The notes: generated by a model not told the origin, from the letters alone. A stretch of DNA of 64,000 bases from an uncultured delta proteobacterium (GCA_963796685.1 CAWCMR010000015.1:64001-128000); one strand, 5' to 3'. Positions 23,435 to 37,969 are shown, counted from the first letter of the stretch. Translations and numbers: made by a program.

Positions 23435-23463
23435 TTGACATGGCGGCCTAGTTTCCGAATAGT
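23435..23463 (+). promoter_or_regulatory. sigma70-type promoter in front of the small basic ORF and mutS
   Basis: TTGACA-N17-AATAGT ending 9 nt before ATG 23473. Confidence 0.55.
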
Positions 23464-23472
23464 GGCGACTTC

Positions 23473-23637
23473 ATGGGAAAACACGATAACCGCACGTCGA
23501 TGAAGATGCGCCGCAAGAAGGCGCAGAAGAAGCTCAAGGCCCGCATCAAGAGGCAGAAGACCGAGAAGAAGGCCACCCGCAGCCCGGGCAAGGCCGCCAA
23601 GAAGCCGCGTCCGGCGCCTGCTCCTGCCAAGGAGTAG
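23473..23637 (+). CDS. Small Lys/Arg-rich protein (54 aa), absent from the ORF track
   Basis: MGKHDNRTSMKMRRKKAQKKLKARIKRQKTEKKATRSPGKAAKKPRPAPAPAKE; host-like G/C-ending codons (AAG, CGC, GCC); own promoter. Confidence 0.7.
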   Translation: MGKHDNRTSMKMRRKKAQKKLKARIKRQKTEKKATRSPGKAAKKPRPAPAPAKE

Positions 23638-23676
23638 CCCCGGCCGAGCCCCTTCTCGCACGGGGACCAAGGCGCC

Positions 23677-26389
<2,713 letters not shown>

Positions 26390-26411
26390 GCCTTGCCATG
26401 ATGGAACCGCT

Positions 26412-27224
26412 TTGTTCCTCCGGCGCGCTGTTCTCGCCATTGCACTGATTCTGATTCCCGGTGTCGCACGGGGGGCGCTGCGTCCGAGCACGCTGGCGAC
26501 CAAGTTCCACGGTAAGGGGCCGATCAAGAAGCCGAAGAAGCTGTCGCGTTACGGTGCCGTCGAGCTCTACCAGATCAACACGAAGGAGACCCTGCTTCTG
26601 CGTTTTCAGGACGATCGCGGCCGTCCCATCAAAGGTTGGAAGAAGCGCTTCGACCGGTTCATGCGCTGCCACCAGACCGGAACGGTCTTCAAGATGGACA
26701 TGCGCCTGGCGCACATGCTGTACGAAACAGCTCGGCATTACCCCGGGCACCGCCTGGAGGTAATTTCGGGTTACCGCCATCCCAGGGTGGCGCGCAATCC
26801 CAAGAGTCCGCACAAGAAGGGCCTGGCCTGCGATTTTCGGGTACCTGGAGTGTCCAACGCGGCTTTACGCGACTGGCTACGCAAGACCTTCGACCACGCG
26901 GGCGTGGGCTACTACCCCAATTCGGTCTTCGTCCATCTCGACGACCGCAAGAAGGGACCCTCCGCATTCTGGATCGACTATTCAGGTCCTGGACAATCTG
27001 CGTCCTATTCCGAAAATCCGCGTGAGGATCTGCGTACAGGCCGCGCCGATCACCCCCGCGTCGGCGGAGACGAGGCTGCCGGGCGGGCGGAGGGCGCGGA
27101 TGACATGGCCCAAGCCGGAGCGGCAACCGTCCAAGTCAAGCCTCATGGCGATGGCGCGCAATCGAAGGTGCAGGCCACTCGACCCATCGAGGTCAAGTCT
27201 GCTTCGGATCCATTCGGCGATTGA
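26412..27224 (+). CDS. YcbK/DUF882 (peptidase M15) family exported protein
   Basis: Signal peptide; VISGYR...SPHKKGLACD...GVGYYPNSVFVHLD; start uncertain. Confidence 0.8.
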   Translation: MFLRRAVLAIALILIPGVARGALRPSTLATKFHGKGPIKKPKKLSRYGAVELYQINTKETLLLRFQDDRGRPIKGWKKRFDRFMRCHQTGTVFKMDMRLAHMLYETARHYPGHRLEVISGYRHPRVARNPKSPHKKGLACDFRVPGVSNAALRDWLRKTFDHAGVGYYPNSVFVHLDDRKKGPSAFWIDYSGPGQSASYSENPREDLRTGRADHPRVGGDEAAGRAEGADDMAQAGAATVQVKPHGDGAQSKVQATRPIEVKSASDPFGD

Positions 27225-27288
27225 GCGTTGTGGAACCGCGGCCAGGGGTGCTAGTGTTTGCGGGCCCTAGACCCAAGGAGATTCGCAG

Positions 27289-28230
27289 ATGAGAAGATTC
27301 GGACTTTCCTGCCTGGCAGTGCTTGTGGCCCTGACAACCGCGCAAATCGCCGCCGCCAAGGGTGGCAAGAAGAAGGCCGAGAAGGTCAAGGGACCTGCGC
27401 CCATCGCCAAGGCTGCCGAGATCAAGGAGCTCAAGGGCGACTACACCTGGGGGATGTCTCCCCAGGCGGTGAAGGAGAAGCTCTTCGCCAAGATCGAGGC
27501 GAATTACAAGGATCGGATGAATGCCGCCCGTCTCGATCCCGCCAAGACCGACAAGCTCCGCGACTGGATCAAGGCCGACAAGGACAAGGTCAGCAAGAGC
27601 TATGTCAAGCTGCAGGGCCACATCCCGGGCTGGGAAACCTCGATCATCGACAAGGAGTTCGTGCCGAACAACAACGAATCCATGCTCGAATACCGGGAGC
27701 CCAAGTCGACGCGCTATTTCTTCTTCTCGGGCGACTCGCTGTACAAGATGTTCATTGCCTTCGACCGGGAAGTGGTTCAAGGCAAGAGCTTCGCGGAATT
27801 CGGCGAGATGATGCAGCAGAAGTTCGGCAAGGCCCAGCCCGTCTATCGCACCGTGGTCGATCACGGCGCGAAGAACCAGATACTCGACACCTTCCTTTGG
27901 CGCTCGGCCGAGGGGGACGGGCTGCGCTTGGTCGACCGCTCCAAGTTCTACGATGTCTACTGCCTGGTGATCTACGACCGCTCGGTGGAGGACCGGGAGG
28001 AAGAGGTTCGCAAGACCAACGCGGCCAAAGTCCCCACGGGCTCGTTCGTCGACAGCTTGATCACCGACAAGGAAAGCGATCGCGACGAGAACGACAACGT
28101 GGTCGATCGCATCACCGGCAAGGATGTCCTCAAACCTGGCGAACGACGCGGTGGTCAACAGAATATCAAGGTTCCTTCCCCTACCGCTCCTACCGGTGGC
28201 GAAATGAAGGCCGAAGACCGGGCCTATTGA
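27289..28230 (+). CDS. Exported hypothetical protein
   Basis: AAGGAG RBS, signal peptide, strong host codon bias. Confidence 0.75.
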   Translation: MRRFGLSCLAVLVALTTAQIAAAKGGKKKAEKVKGPAPIAKAAEIKELKGDYTWGMSPQAVKEKLFAKIEANYKDRMNAARLDPAKTDKLRDWIKADKDKVSKSYVKLQGHIPGWETSIIDKEFVPNNNESMLEYREPKSTRYFFFSGDSLYKMFIAFDREVVQGKSFAEFGEMMQQKFGKAQPVYRTVVDHGAKNQILDTFLWRSAEGDGLRLVDRSKFYDVYCLVIYDRSVEDREEEVRKTNAAKVPTGSFVDSLITDKESDRDENDNVVDRITGKDVLKPGERRGGQQNIKVPSPTAPTGGEMKAEDRAY

Positions 28231-28247
28231 GATTGTGACGGCAACCC

Positions 28248-28276
28248 TTGACAGGGACCGTCGGCATCAGCAAGAT
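28248..28276 (+). promoter_or_regulatory. sigma70-type promoter of rpsT
   Basis: TTGACA-N17-CAAGAT, 14 nt upstream of the rpsT ATG. Confidence 0.5.
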
Positions 28277-28290
28277 TCGCACCCTTCCCA

Positions 28291-28557
28291 ATGGCGAACA
28301 TACAATCTTCGGAGAAGAAGAACCGGCAGCGAATCAAGCGCGAGGCGCGCAATGCCAGCCAAAAGTCGGCCATGCGCACCGCCGTGAAGAAACTGCGGGC
28401 CGCAATCGCGGCCAAGGATTCCAAACAGACGGACGCGCTGCTCAAAGAGGCGACCAAGCTCATCGCCCGCTTGGGCGGTCGCGGTGTCATCAAGCCGCGT
28501 ACGGCATCGCGAGAGGTTTCACGCCTCACCGTTGCCGCGAAGCAGCCCCCGGCATAA
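28291..28557 (+). CDS. rpsT: 30S ribosomal protein S20
   Basis: MANIQSSEKKNRQ...RNASQKSAMRTAVKK...GVIKPRTASREVSRL. Confidence 0.95.
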   Translation: MANIQSSEKKNRQRIKREARNASQKSAMRTAVKKLRAAIAAKDSKQTDALLKEATKLIARLGGRGVIKPRTASREVSRLTVAAKQPPA

Positions 28558-28616
28558 CCGCTCCACGCGTGGCGGGCCGGCGAGCTCAGCCTACGGCCTG
28601 CTGGCCTGCATACGGC

Positions 28617-29155
28617 ATGGGGACCTTCGAGGGTTCCCATTACTCGCGTAGGCGAAGGCGGGCTTTGCCCGCCGACTTCGTCGGTGCTTCGGGACCTGCA
28701 CCTCCCCGCCCTCACCCACGCGTCCTTCGGACGCGCCCCTCGCGCCTCCGCCAGAGCGCGCGAGGCCGAGCGCAGCGAGCGGGGAGGAGGGTGGCGGGTG
28801 GGGCCGAGGGTTTGGGAACCCTCCCAGGGTTCCCATTACCCGCGTAGGCGAAGGCGGGCTTTGCCCGCCGACTTCGTCGGTGCTTCGGGACCTGCACCTC
28901 CCCGCCCTCACCCACGCGTCCTTCGGACGCGCCCCTCGCGCCTCCGCCAGAGCGCGCGAGGCCGAGCGCAGCGAGCGGGGAGGAGGGTGGCGGGTGGGGC
29001 CGAGGGTTTGGGAACCCTCCCAGGGTTCCCATTACCCGCGTAGGCGAAGGCGGGCTTTGCCCGCCTCCGCCAGAGCGCGCGAGGCCGAGCGCAGCGAGCG
29101 GGGAGGAGGGTGGCGGGTGGGGCCGAGGGTTTGGGAACCCTCCCAGGGTTCCCAT
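28617..29155. repeat. Tandem array of a 196-bp multi-hairpin element (2 full units, 1 internally deleted unit)
   Basis: GGGTTCCCAT recurs at 28631, 28827, 29023 and 29146 (periods 196, 196, 123); units nearly identical; several internal palindromes. Confidence 0.92.
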
Positions 29156-29156
29156 C

Positions 29157-30171
29157 TCAATGCGCCGCCGCCTCGGCCAGTTGGCGCACGAGGCGCAGCA
29201 TCTGTACATCCGGGTCGACCCGCGACGATTTGAGGCTGCGGTCGGCCTGGTAGAGGTGCAGGAAGCTGCGCTTGAGTGCGGCGGTGCTCATGCGTCCGGC
29301 GGGGATGAGGATGTCGTCGAGGAAGAACGGCGCGATGCCGACCGCCGAGGCGATCTCCGCGCGCGGCACGGAGGCCGCGGAAAGCTCCTTGGCGCGCCAG
29401 ATTTGACGGAGCTGGCGCATCAACATGAATTGGATCTCTGAGCGCCGGCTCGCGATTTCTGAGCATGTTGGCGACCAGGCTCAGGGCCAAGCGAACGTCG
29501 CCGTTGCCGATGGCCTTGGTCAGCTCGAACACTCCGCGTTCGCGCGATTCCGGGATGAGCTCTTCCACGTGGGCGCGCGTGATGCGCCCGCCGGCGAAAA
29601 GGGCGACCTGTTCCAGGGAATGGGCGACGCGCCCCAAATCAGGACCAGCGAACTCGGCCAGCGCCTGCACCGCGCTGGCGTCGATGTCGAACCCGCGCCG
29701 ACGGGCCTCACCCGCCACCCAGGTCACCAGGTCGCGATCCTTGAGTCTGCTCAGCTCGTGGAGGAAACCGGCCTTGCGCAGGGCCGCGAAGGCACGCAAG
29801 CGGCCGTCCACCTTGTCGCCCACCAGGACCAGACATCCTCGCGGATTCGGGTCGGACACGAACTTGACGAGGGGCTCAAGCTCGGCGGCTTTTACCCCGT
29901 CGATGCCCTCGGCGATCACCAATCGTCGCTTGCTGAACATGGGTAGCGTGCGTGCCGCGCCGAGCACTTCGGCGAGCGCCGTCTCCTTGAGGTCGAAGAC
30001 GTCGTAGTCGAGTCCAGTGGCACCTGCCGTGTCGCTGCCGAGAACAGCCTTGCGCAGGGCCGCCAGGCAGCGATCCACCAGGAAGCGCTCGTTGCCATGC
30101 AAGCAGTAGATCGGCGCCAGATTGCCCCTGGCGATCTCACCCAGAACGTCGCTTGTTTCTTGTCTTGCCAC
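29157..30171 (-). CDS. holA: DNA polymerase III delta subunit (one extra base near 29437)
   Basis: PIYCLHGNERFL, ARTLPMFSKRRLVI, VFELTKAI; joins ORF 29157-29426 (RQLRQIW...LYQADRSLKSS). Confidence 0.88.
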
Positions 30172-30189
30172 GCGGCACCCGCACCGAGC

Positions 30190-32106
30190 TTACTTGAGGA
30201 TACGGATGCTGTCGCCGTCGACCACGTAGACCAGCGGCGGGTCGGTGCGGCTGTGATCGGGGCCGAAGCGGATGTCGCCGGTCAGCCCCTCGAAGGTCTG
30301 CGTGGACAATATGCGCAGCACATCAGCACGGCTCCTGGCCCCGCGTTCGACCGCACCACGAAGAAGAAAGAGGGCGTCGTAGCCGTAGGCATCGGTGGCG
30401 CTCGGCGAGGTGCCATAAACCTCGCGGAAACGGGTGACGAAGCTGGCGCTGCGATTGTCGTCGGAAGGATAGAAACCGGGGCAGAGCAGGGCGCCCTGCA
30501 CGTAGCGTTCGGTGTATTGCAGGAACTTGGGCGAGACACTGAGCGCGGTGGAAAGCAACAAGGCCTCCCGGCGGCCTGGGCCGGCGCTGGCCGATGCGTA
30601 GGCGGCGGTCATGGCTACCCTCGGCGAGCGCGGCCAGATATCCGCCACCGCGAGGGCCGGCGCCACCAGCTCCAGGCGGCTGGCATCGTCGGGCACGAAC
30701 AGGGCCTCGAAGGGGAGCTTGCGCAGGTTGGCCACCGCGCTCGAAAAGCTCGTCGCCCCAGGTGGGTAGGTGATGTGCCCGGTGAGCGTGCCTCCCCCAT
30801 CTTCGACGGCCCTTTTGAAGGCCATGGCCAGCCGCTTCCCGGTCGCATTATCCGGGCCAAGAATGGCAAATCTGCGCGCGCCCAAGGCCAGCGCTTTTCG
30901 CGCCAGGGCCGCCGCGCGTGCCTCGGAGGAGTGAATGAGCGGAAACGAGGTGGACTGCGCTCCCGGGGAGCGCTCGTCGAGCAGGACCAGGGGCAGGCTG
31001 TCGCGGGTGGCCATGTCGATGGCGCGCGGGTCCGGCGTGGCGACCACGCCGACGACTTTCTCCTCGCGGGAGAGCGACAAGATGCCTGCCACCGTGCCGC
31101 CACCCGACGTGGACCGTTCTGGCGGTGCGGCAGCGTCGCGCAGTTGCAGGTGAAAGTCGGCAGCCTCGCCACCGTGGTTGGCGGCCGTGACGACCAGCAT
31201 GGCCCCGCGCAAGACCACGTCGCCGAGACGCTCCTGGGCGCCCGAGAGCGGTACCACCAGGCCCAGGTGCAGAGGGTTGGCCGAAACGGATGAAGGCGGT
31301 CCAGGCTCGAGTCCCAGTTGCCTGCGCACGGCCAGGGTGTCTTGTTCCATCTTGACCGCGCCTGTCTCGTCGCCACGGGCGCGCAGCGCCGCCGCGGCCT
31401 TGGCGCCGAGCACTGCCCGCGCGAAGACCCCATGACGAGCGCCGAGCGCGGCGAGGGCGGCGTTGTCGCTCGCCTTGCCGGCGATCTCCGCGGCCCGCGC
31501 CTTGGCGTACGCCCGGTCGGCATCTCGGAGGCCCGCGATCTGCGCGTAAAGCTCGAGCTGATCGGCGGCGCCAGCCGGATCGCCGGACGCGCCCATGGCA
31601 TCCGACAGGGCGATGCGGAGAAGACTTCGCGCCGTGGGGTCGGGGAATCCCGGAAAGCGCGGCGGATCGGCGTTGATATATGGCCTGAGCAAGCTAAGCG
31701 CCTGTTCGTAGTGGCCCAAGCGGGCTTCGCAAAGGCCCGTCAGGAAGACTCGCTCTTGCCCGTCCAGCAGCGCGGCGTTCTCATCGAGCAGCGCCTTGGC
31801 GGAAGGCGCATCCCCGAGTCCAAGCAGCACGCCCGCCAGCATGGCCACCGCGGCTGGGCGCTGGTGATGGTGCGGGTGGTTGAGGAGAAAGCCTTCCAAG
31901 GCTGCGCGCGCGGCGGGGGCGTCCCCCGTCATGGCCCGATTTGCTACCTCTCGGAAATCGGCGTCGCCACCCAGATCGCCGCCTGCGTCGACGGCGGACG
32001 CGCTCATCGGTTCTGGAGCGAGCTCCGGGCTTTGCGACTTGTCGCTCGTTGCGTGCGCGGATGCGCAACCGGATAGAAGGACCATGCACAAAGCCAAAGG
32101 GCGCAT
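30190..32106 (-). CDS. LpoA/LppC-like lipoprotein (penicillin-binding protein activator)
   Basis: Lipobox LLSGC, TPR-like helical N-terminal domain, periplasmic-binding-protein-fold C-terminal domain (LGLVVPLSG...AYGYDA...[10 protein letters not shown]). Confidence 0.78.
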   Translation of the reverse strand: MRPLALCMVLLSGCASAHATSDKSQSPELAPEPMSASAVDAGGDLGGDADFREVANRAMTGDAPAARAALEGFLLNHPHHHQRPAAVAMLAGVLLGLGDAPSAKALLDENAALLDGQERVFLTGLCEARLGHYEQALSLLRPYINADPPRFPGFPDPTARSLLRIALSDAMGASGDPAGAADQLELYAQIAGLRDADRAYAKARAAEIAGKASDNAALAALGARHGVFARAVLGAKAAAALRARGDETGAVKMEQDTLAVRRQLGLEPGPPSSVSANPLHLGLVVPLSGAQERLGDVVLRGAMLVVTAANHGGEAADFHLQLRDAAAPPERSTSGGGTVAGILSLSREEKVVGVVATPDPRAIDMATRDSLPLVLLDERSPGAQSTSFPLIHSSEARAAALARKALALGARRFAILGPDNATGKRLAMAFKRAVEDGGGTLTGHITYPPGATSFSSAVANLRKLPFEALFVPDDASRLELVAPALAVADIWPRSPRVAMTAAYASASAGPGRREALLLSTALSVSPKFLQYTERYVQGALLCPGFYPSDDNRSASFVTRFREVYGTSPSATDAYGYDALFLLRGAVERGARSRADVLRILSTQTFEGLTGDIRFGPDHSRTDPPLVYVVDGDSIRILK

Positions 32107-32175
32107 GCGATGTTTTTACGCCAGTCGGAGCGGACAGTCGACGGCAACAGAAGGCCCTTTCGTGGGCATCGAGCT

Positions 32176-33625
<1,450 letters not shown>

Positions 33626-33659
33626 GCCGGTCTCGTCGCTTGATCCTTCCCCAACCCAG

Positions 33660-33690
33660 GCTTCCCCGCAAGCGGAGGTTGCGGGGAAGC
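33660..33690. terminator. 12-bp stem hairpin just after the stop of the upstream minus-strand gene
   Basis: GCTTCCCCGCAA-N7-TTGCGGGGAAGC; no U-tract, so termination is uncertain. Confidence 0.35.
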
Positions 33691-33694
33691 TGCT

Positions 33695-34486
33695 CTAGCT
33701 CAGCATCAGCGACTTCAGTCCGCCATTCGGAAAGCGCACCAGCATGCTGGAGCGCAGAACCGTCTCCACCTTGCCTCGCCCGTACTCGGGGTGGGAGATG
33801 ATCTCGCCGACCTTGTAACGATCGCGGGCATCGAAGTTACGCACCTGGGTGCTCTCTGCCACCTCCCGGCCGAGTGCGCGCAGCTCCTCGGCTTTGTGCT
33901 CCGCCTTGCGTGCGGCTTCAGACTCCTTGGGCGTGGTCGGCTTGCTACTTTCCGTGGCGCTCTTGCGGGCCGGCGTAGTGCGAAATCCATGCCGTCCACC
34001 GCAGGCCTGACACACGACCTGCTTCGGGATCTCGTCGACCATGGCAATGATATGGTGGGTAGTAAGCCCGTCGCAGGGGCCGCACCAGGCGTCGACCTCT
34101 CCACCCACGCGCAGGGCAGGGGGTAGAACAGCTCCGAGGCCGGCTTCGCTGCGCCACGAGACCCCGGTGATCCGGCGTTCCTGGACCTCCGAGGGGCCGG
34201 CGCTGGCTTGGTCACCCGTGTGCTCGCTGGCGATGGCACCGATGCGGGGTAGCGTCGAGGCCAGGCGGCGCAGGTCGGTCACCCGTCGTCCAAGCTTGCG
34301 CTCGATGGTGTCGCGCTCGGATTCGGGGCCGCTGGTGGCGAGATCCCGATATCGCTTGGACAGTTGCTCGACTGCCAAATGGGCACTCTTGACGATCTCG
34401 CGATCCTCTGCCCTCTCCTGGGCCGAGTGGACGAGGAGCGCGACTTCGTGGATTTCATCGGTCAGTTGCTGAAGCGGCGATGTCAT
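33695..34486 (-). CDS. Hypothetical protein with zinc-ribbon and C-terminal Tudor-like (UvrD-C/DUF3553-like) segment
   Basis: DAWCGPC...H...CQACGGRH; YKVGEIISHPEYGRGKV. Confidence 0.7.
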   Translation of the reverse strand: MTSPLQQLTDEIHEVALLVHSAQERAEDREIVKSAHLAVEQLSKRYRDLATSGPESERDTIERKLGRRVTDLRRLASTLPRIGAIASEHTGDQASAGPSEVQERRITGVSWRSEAGLGAVLPPALRVGGEVDAWCGPCDGLTTHHIIAMVDEIPKQVVCQACGGRHGFRTTPARKSATESSKPTTPKESEAARKAEHKAEELRALGREVAESTQVRNFDARDRYKVGEIISHPEYGRGKVETVLRSSMLVRFPNGGLKSLMLS

Positions 34487-34750
34487 GCTGCCGGAACTTA
34501 CTCCCACGACCAGCGCAGGAATTCAACTGTTGAGTCGCGCGAGTTGCGGTGTGATCCACACGTGGGATCTTGCCGAGGTAACTCGTCGTGGGGGCAGGAA
34601 GGAGCCCTTCGAGGATTCCGCGCCAAGAAAGGTAAGTAAAAGCGTGTGATCGGGGTAACTAACGAACGACCCGAGACCTTTACGTGCCGATTGCTTCGCC
34701 AGCGAAGCGCGACTAGCATGGGGCACGCCTCGCCTCCAGGAGCCACTCGC

Positions 34751-37183
34751 ATGCGAAAAAAGCCAACGTCCCTAGCATCCCTCGTCGTCGTCCTCGTCGT
34801 TCCTTTTGCCGCCGCGGCCCAAACCGGGCCCATGGCTCCGCCCGCGCCGCCCTGGCCGCCGGCGCCCACCTATCCGACGCCCGCACCGGCGCCCGCGCCC
34901 GCACCGAACTATTGGAACGCGGCTCCGCCCGCACCTCCATCCCCCGCACCTGCGCCGGCACCTGCTCCAGCTGCGCCGCCGGCACCTGCTCCAATCGTCG
35001 CCGCACCTGCTCCGGCCATGCCTGCACCGGCACCGGCTCCATCGCCTCCATCCCCTCCTCCTTCCGCATCTCCAGCGCCGGTCGCGGTGCCCGCGCCCAT
35101 GGCGCCGGCACCTGTCCCCGAGGCCCTTCCCGCGCCCCCTACCTCCAAGATCGAGATCGAGAGAGCCGAAGAATCGGCTCCCGCGCCGAAGGCTGCGGTC
35201 TCGGAGACCGATGAGCGACCGCGTGGATTCGTTCCCCAACTGAGCCTGGGCGGCTCGGTCGGTCTTCTCCGCATGGGTTCAGCCGATGTGGGCAGCGTGG
35301 GGCAGCTTCGCTTGAGCCTTCATGGTGAATACTTCACCGGCAGCAATTTCCTGGTCCAAAGCGACGCCGATCCTCAAACCGGAACCCCGGCGTCGATCGA
35401 CCACGACACTCGTTTGCAAGGCGCGCTCACCTTCGGCATGACGCCCATCGAGCACTTGGAAATCTTCGGGGCAATTCTGGGATCGGCCAACCGCAATCGT
35501 CGCCTCTGCAGCACCCTCAACGGCCAGGAAACCTGCACATCGGAGCCCGGTCGCACCGATCCCGAGCTCATCAAGTCGTTCGGGGATCTCATCTTGGGCG
35601 CGAAGGTCGCGACCCTGCTCGCACCCGGATTCTCCGGCGGCGGTGAGCTCGGCATCCGCATGATGTCCTCCATCACCGGGATCTCGTTTTCGCCGGATTC
35701 GACCTCGCTTTGGTTGAACGCCATCGGTACCTACGATCTCAAACCGGTGACGCAAAACATTCCCGTGCGCTTCCACGTGAATTTCGGCTACTACATCGAC
35801 AACTCCAAGAACCTGGTCGATTACCCCTCCGACACGACCGCGTTCTCGCGCTACGTGTCGAGGTTCGCCTACGGCATATCCCAGAGCCGCCTGCGCGTGG
35901 CGCTGGGCGCGGACGCGCCCTTCGACGAAGTGACCGAGGGCCTCTCCTTGCGGCCCATGATCGAGTATCACTTCGAGTACCTCACGGGCGATGCGGATCC
36001 GGTCATCAACGCGCAGGAGCACGGGGACGCAGGCAATCCGAACTGCGGTGTGACAGGGAAGGCCGCATGTAAGGACAACAAGGATCTGCACTGGTTGACC
36101 CTGGGCGTGCAAGCGCAAGTGCTTCACGGGCTGACCTTCACGGCGGGCCTCGATATCGCACTGAGATCACCCGGCTATCCCTACGCGCCGGCGCTTGTCC
36201 CGTGGAATTTCCTCTTCGGCGTCGGTTATCCCATCGATCTCGTTCCGCGCATCGTCCGCAACGTACCAGTCGAAAAGATCGTCATCAAAGAAGCGCCGAT
36301 GCGTGACGGCCTGGTGGCCGGAAGGGTCATCAGCGCGTCCGGAACGCCGGTTGAAGGCGCGGTGGTCGGTGTGAGCGGCAGGGAGCACTCGCGCGTGGTC
36401 ACCGACGCGGACGGCACCTTCCAGAGCGTTCCCCTCGCTCCCGGCCCGATCGAGCTTGTGGTGGTCGCGAATGGCTTCGAAACCGCCACGGTCAGGACCG
36501 AGGTCATCGCCGGCCAAACCGCCAATATCGTCCTTCGTCTGACGCCGAAGGCGCCGGCGGCGCGCGTGGTGGGCCGGGTTAGCGACGAGACCGGCAAGGG
36601 CATCGTCGCTTCCATCAAGCTGGCCGGTCCCCAGATCGCCGAAGGTCGCTCGGACGAGTCGGGTAACTTCTCGATACCCGTCGTCCCAGGGCTCTACGCC
36701 TTGCGCGTCGATGCCGACCAGTACCTATCGAAGGAGCTACAGCTGACGGTGGCGGATGGCCGCGAGAACGTCATCAGCATCACCTTGCATGCACGTCCGG
36801 CCGTGCCCGGCGTGACCTTCCAGGACGGCAAGTTCAAGTTGCGCCAAGCGATCCGCTTCAAGTCGGTCGGCAAGAAGCCATCGGCCGAGCTCGGGCCCGG
36901 CATGCCTCGCCTACTCGACGAGGTCGTGGACATTCTGGTGAACCATCCCGAGATTCGCCAACTTCGCGTGGAAGCCCATTGGGACAGCAGCATGAAGGCG
37001 GCCCAGGCTCAGGCCCTCACCGATGCCCAGGCCAAAGCTGTGGCGAAGTACCTCACGGATCAGGGAATCGCCTCCGATCGCGTTGTGCCTGTAGGAATGG
37101 GCGCCAAGAAACCCCTGGTTCCCAATCTGGGCGCGGGCAAGGTGAAGAACCGTCGCGTCGAGCTGATCGTCGTCAACCCGTAG
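34751..37183 (+). CDS. OmpA-family outer-membrane protein with Pro/Ala-rich N-terminus and carboxypeptidase-regulatory-like domains
   Basis: Signal peptide, PA repeats, beta-rich middle, two GRV-start Ig-like repeats, OmpA C-terminal domain (LRVEAHWD...GMGAKKP...NRRVEL). Confidence 0.82.
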   Translation: MRKKPTSLASLVVVLVVPFAAAAQTGPMAPPAPPWPPAPTYPTPAPAPAPAPNYWNAAPPAPPSPAPAPAPAPAAPPAPAPIVAAPAPAMPAPAPAPSPPSPPPSASPAPVAVPAPMAPAPVPEALPAPPTSKIEIERAEESAPAPKAAVSETDERPRGFVPQLSLGGSVGLLRMGSADVGSVGQLRLSLHGEYFTGSNFLVQSDADPQTGTPASIDHDTRLQGALTFGMTPIEHLEIFGAILGSANRNRRLCSTLNGQETCTSEPGRTDPELIKSFGDLILGAKVATLLAPGFSGGGELGIRMMSSITGISFSPDSTSLWLNAIGTYDLKPVTQNIPVRFHVNFGYYIDNSKNLVDYPSDTTAFSRYVSRFAYGISQSRLRVALGADAPFDEVTEGLSLRPMIEYHFEYLTGDADPVINAQEHGDAGNPNCGVTGKAACKDNKDLHWLTLGVQAQVLHGLTFTAGLDIALRSPGYPYAPALVPWNFLFGVGYPIDLVPRIVRNVPVEKIVIKEAPMRDGLVAGRVISASGTPVEGAVVGVSGREHSRVVTDADGTFQSVPLAPGPIELVVVANGFETATVRTEVIAGQTANIVLRLTPKAPAARVVGRVSDETGKGIVASIKLAGPQIAEGRSDESGNFSIPVVPGLYALRVDADQYLSKELQLTVADGRENVISITLHARPAVPGVTFQDGKFKLRQAIRFKSVGKKPSAELGPGMPRLLDEVVDILVNHPEIRQLRVEAHWDSSMKAAQAQALTDAQAKAVAKYLTDQGIASDRVVPVGMGAKKPLVPNLGAGKVKNRRVELIVVNP

Positions 37184-37374
37184 GGGCGGGTTTCAAACCC
37201 GCCCCACGCGAAGCCCGAATCACAATATCGTGGACATGGTTGGCCGGAGGGCGGGTTTCAAAACCGCCCCCCTGTAAGGCCACGCGAAGCCCGAATCACA
37301 ATATCGTGGACATGGTTGGCCGGAGGGCGGGTTTCAAAACCGCCCCTACCCCTGGGGCGCGATTCATCGCGCCC
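37180..37374. repeat. GTAG-type REP cluster (REPIN/BIME-like) between convergent genes
   Basis: GTAGGGGCGGGTTTCAAACCCGCCCC at 37180; 76-bp-period direct repeat; inverted copy ending CCCCTAC at 37349; extra palindrome GGGCGCGATTCATCGCGCCC. Confidence 0.85.
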
Positions 37375-37393
37375 GCAACCCGCGTGCCGGAGC

Positions 37394-37969
37394 CTATTCG
37401 CGGCTCTTGAGCACAAGGAGCCGGAAGTTTGCGTACTCGGCTTGGCCGCAAGAGTAGAGGATTTCGGTCAGCAGGCGGTACGGCGTGCTCTTGTCGGCGA
37501 TGATGGTCAGCTCGCCGTCGAACTTTTCGCCCGTCATTTCCGCGATCTTCTTCTCGCGTCGGGCGACCTTGCTCAGTATTTCGACGAGCGGGGTGATGTA
37601 GTAGCCGTTGTCGCCATCGCGCTTGAGCTGGGGGTCGATGCGACCCGCGTTGATGGGCGCCACGGCTTCACCTTCGACTAAAACCACGCGTTTGGTGATG
37701 GTGACCGGGACGGCTTGCTTGGGGGCCAGCCGAGTTTGCGAGGGTGGCAGGCTCAGGTTGTTGTCCAGATTCACCAGCACCGCGGAGGAGGTGAAGCTCT
37801 TGAGCAAGAAGACCAGGATGATGGTCATCATGTCCATCATCGGGGTGATGTTCAGTCCCTTGATGTCCTCGGTATCGGCGAGCTTGCGCGCATAGCTGCG
37901 GATCGCCTTCTTTCCCGCAAGGCGGGCGGCGATCGCCGCGGATTGCTTAGCGTCGTCGTTTGTCATCAC
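37394..37969 (-). CDS. ExbD/TolR family protein
   Basis: LNITPMMDMMTIILVFLL TM with conserved Asp; IIADKSTPY. Confidence 0.88.
   Translation of the reverse strand: MMTNDDAKQSAAIAARLAGKKAIRSYARKLADTEDIKGLNITPMMDMMTIILVFLLKSFTSSAVLVNLDNNLSLPPSQTRLAPKQAVPVTITKRVVLVEGEAVAPINAGRIDPQLKRDGDNGYYITPLVEILSKVARREKKIAEMTGEKFDGELTIIADKSTPYRLLTEILYSCGQAEYANFRLLVLKSRE

Noticed and set aside
28617-29155. CRISPR array
   Set aside because: The sequence between the hairpins is identical from unit to unit (no unique spacers), the period is 196 bp, and no cas genes are present
34830-35140. Pro/Ala-rich and Gly-rich low-complexity DNA as repeat elements (also 1530-1900 and 59730-59890)
   Set aside because: They are coding linkers of exported proteins
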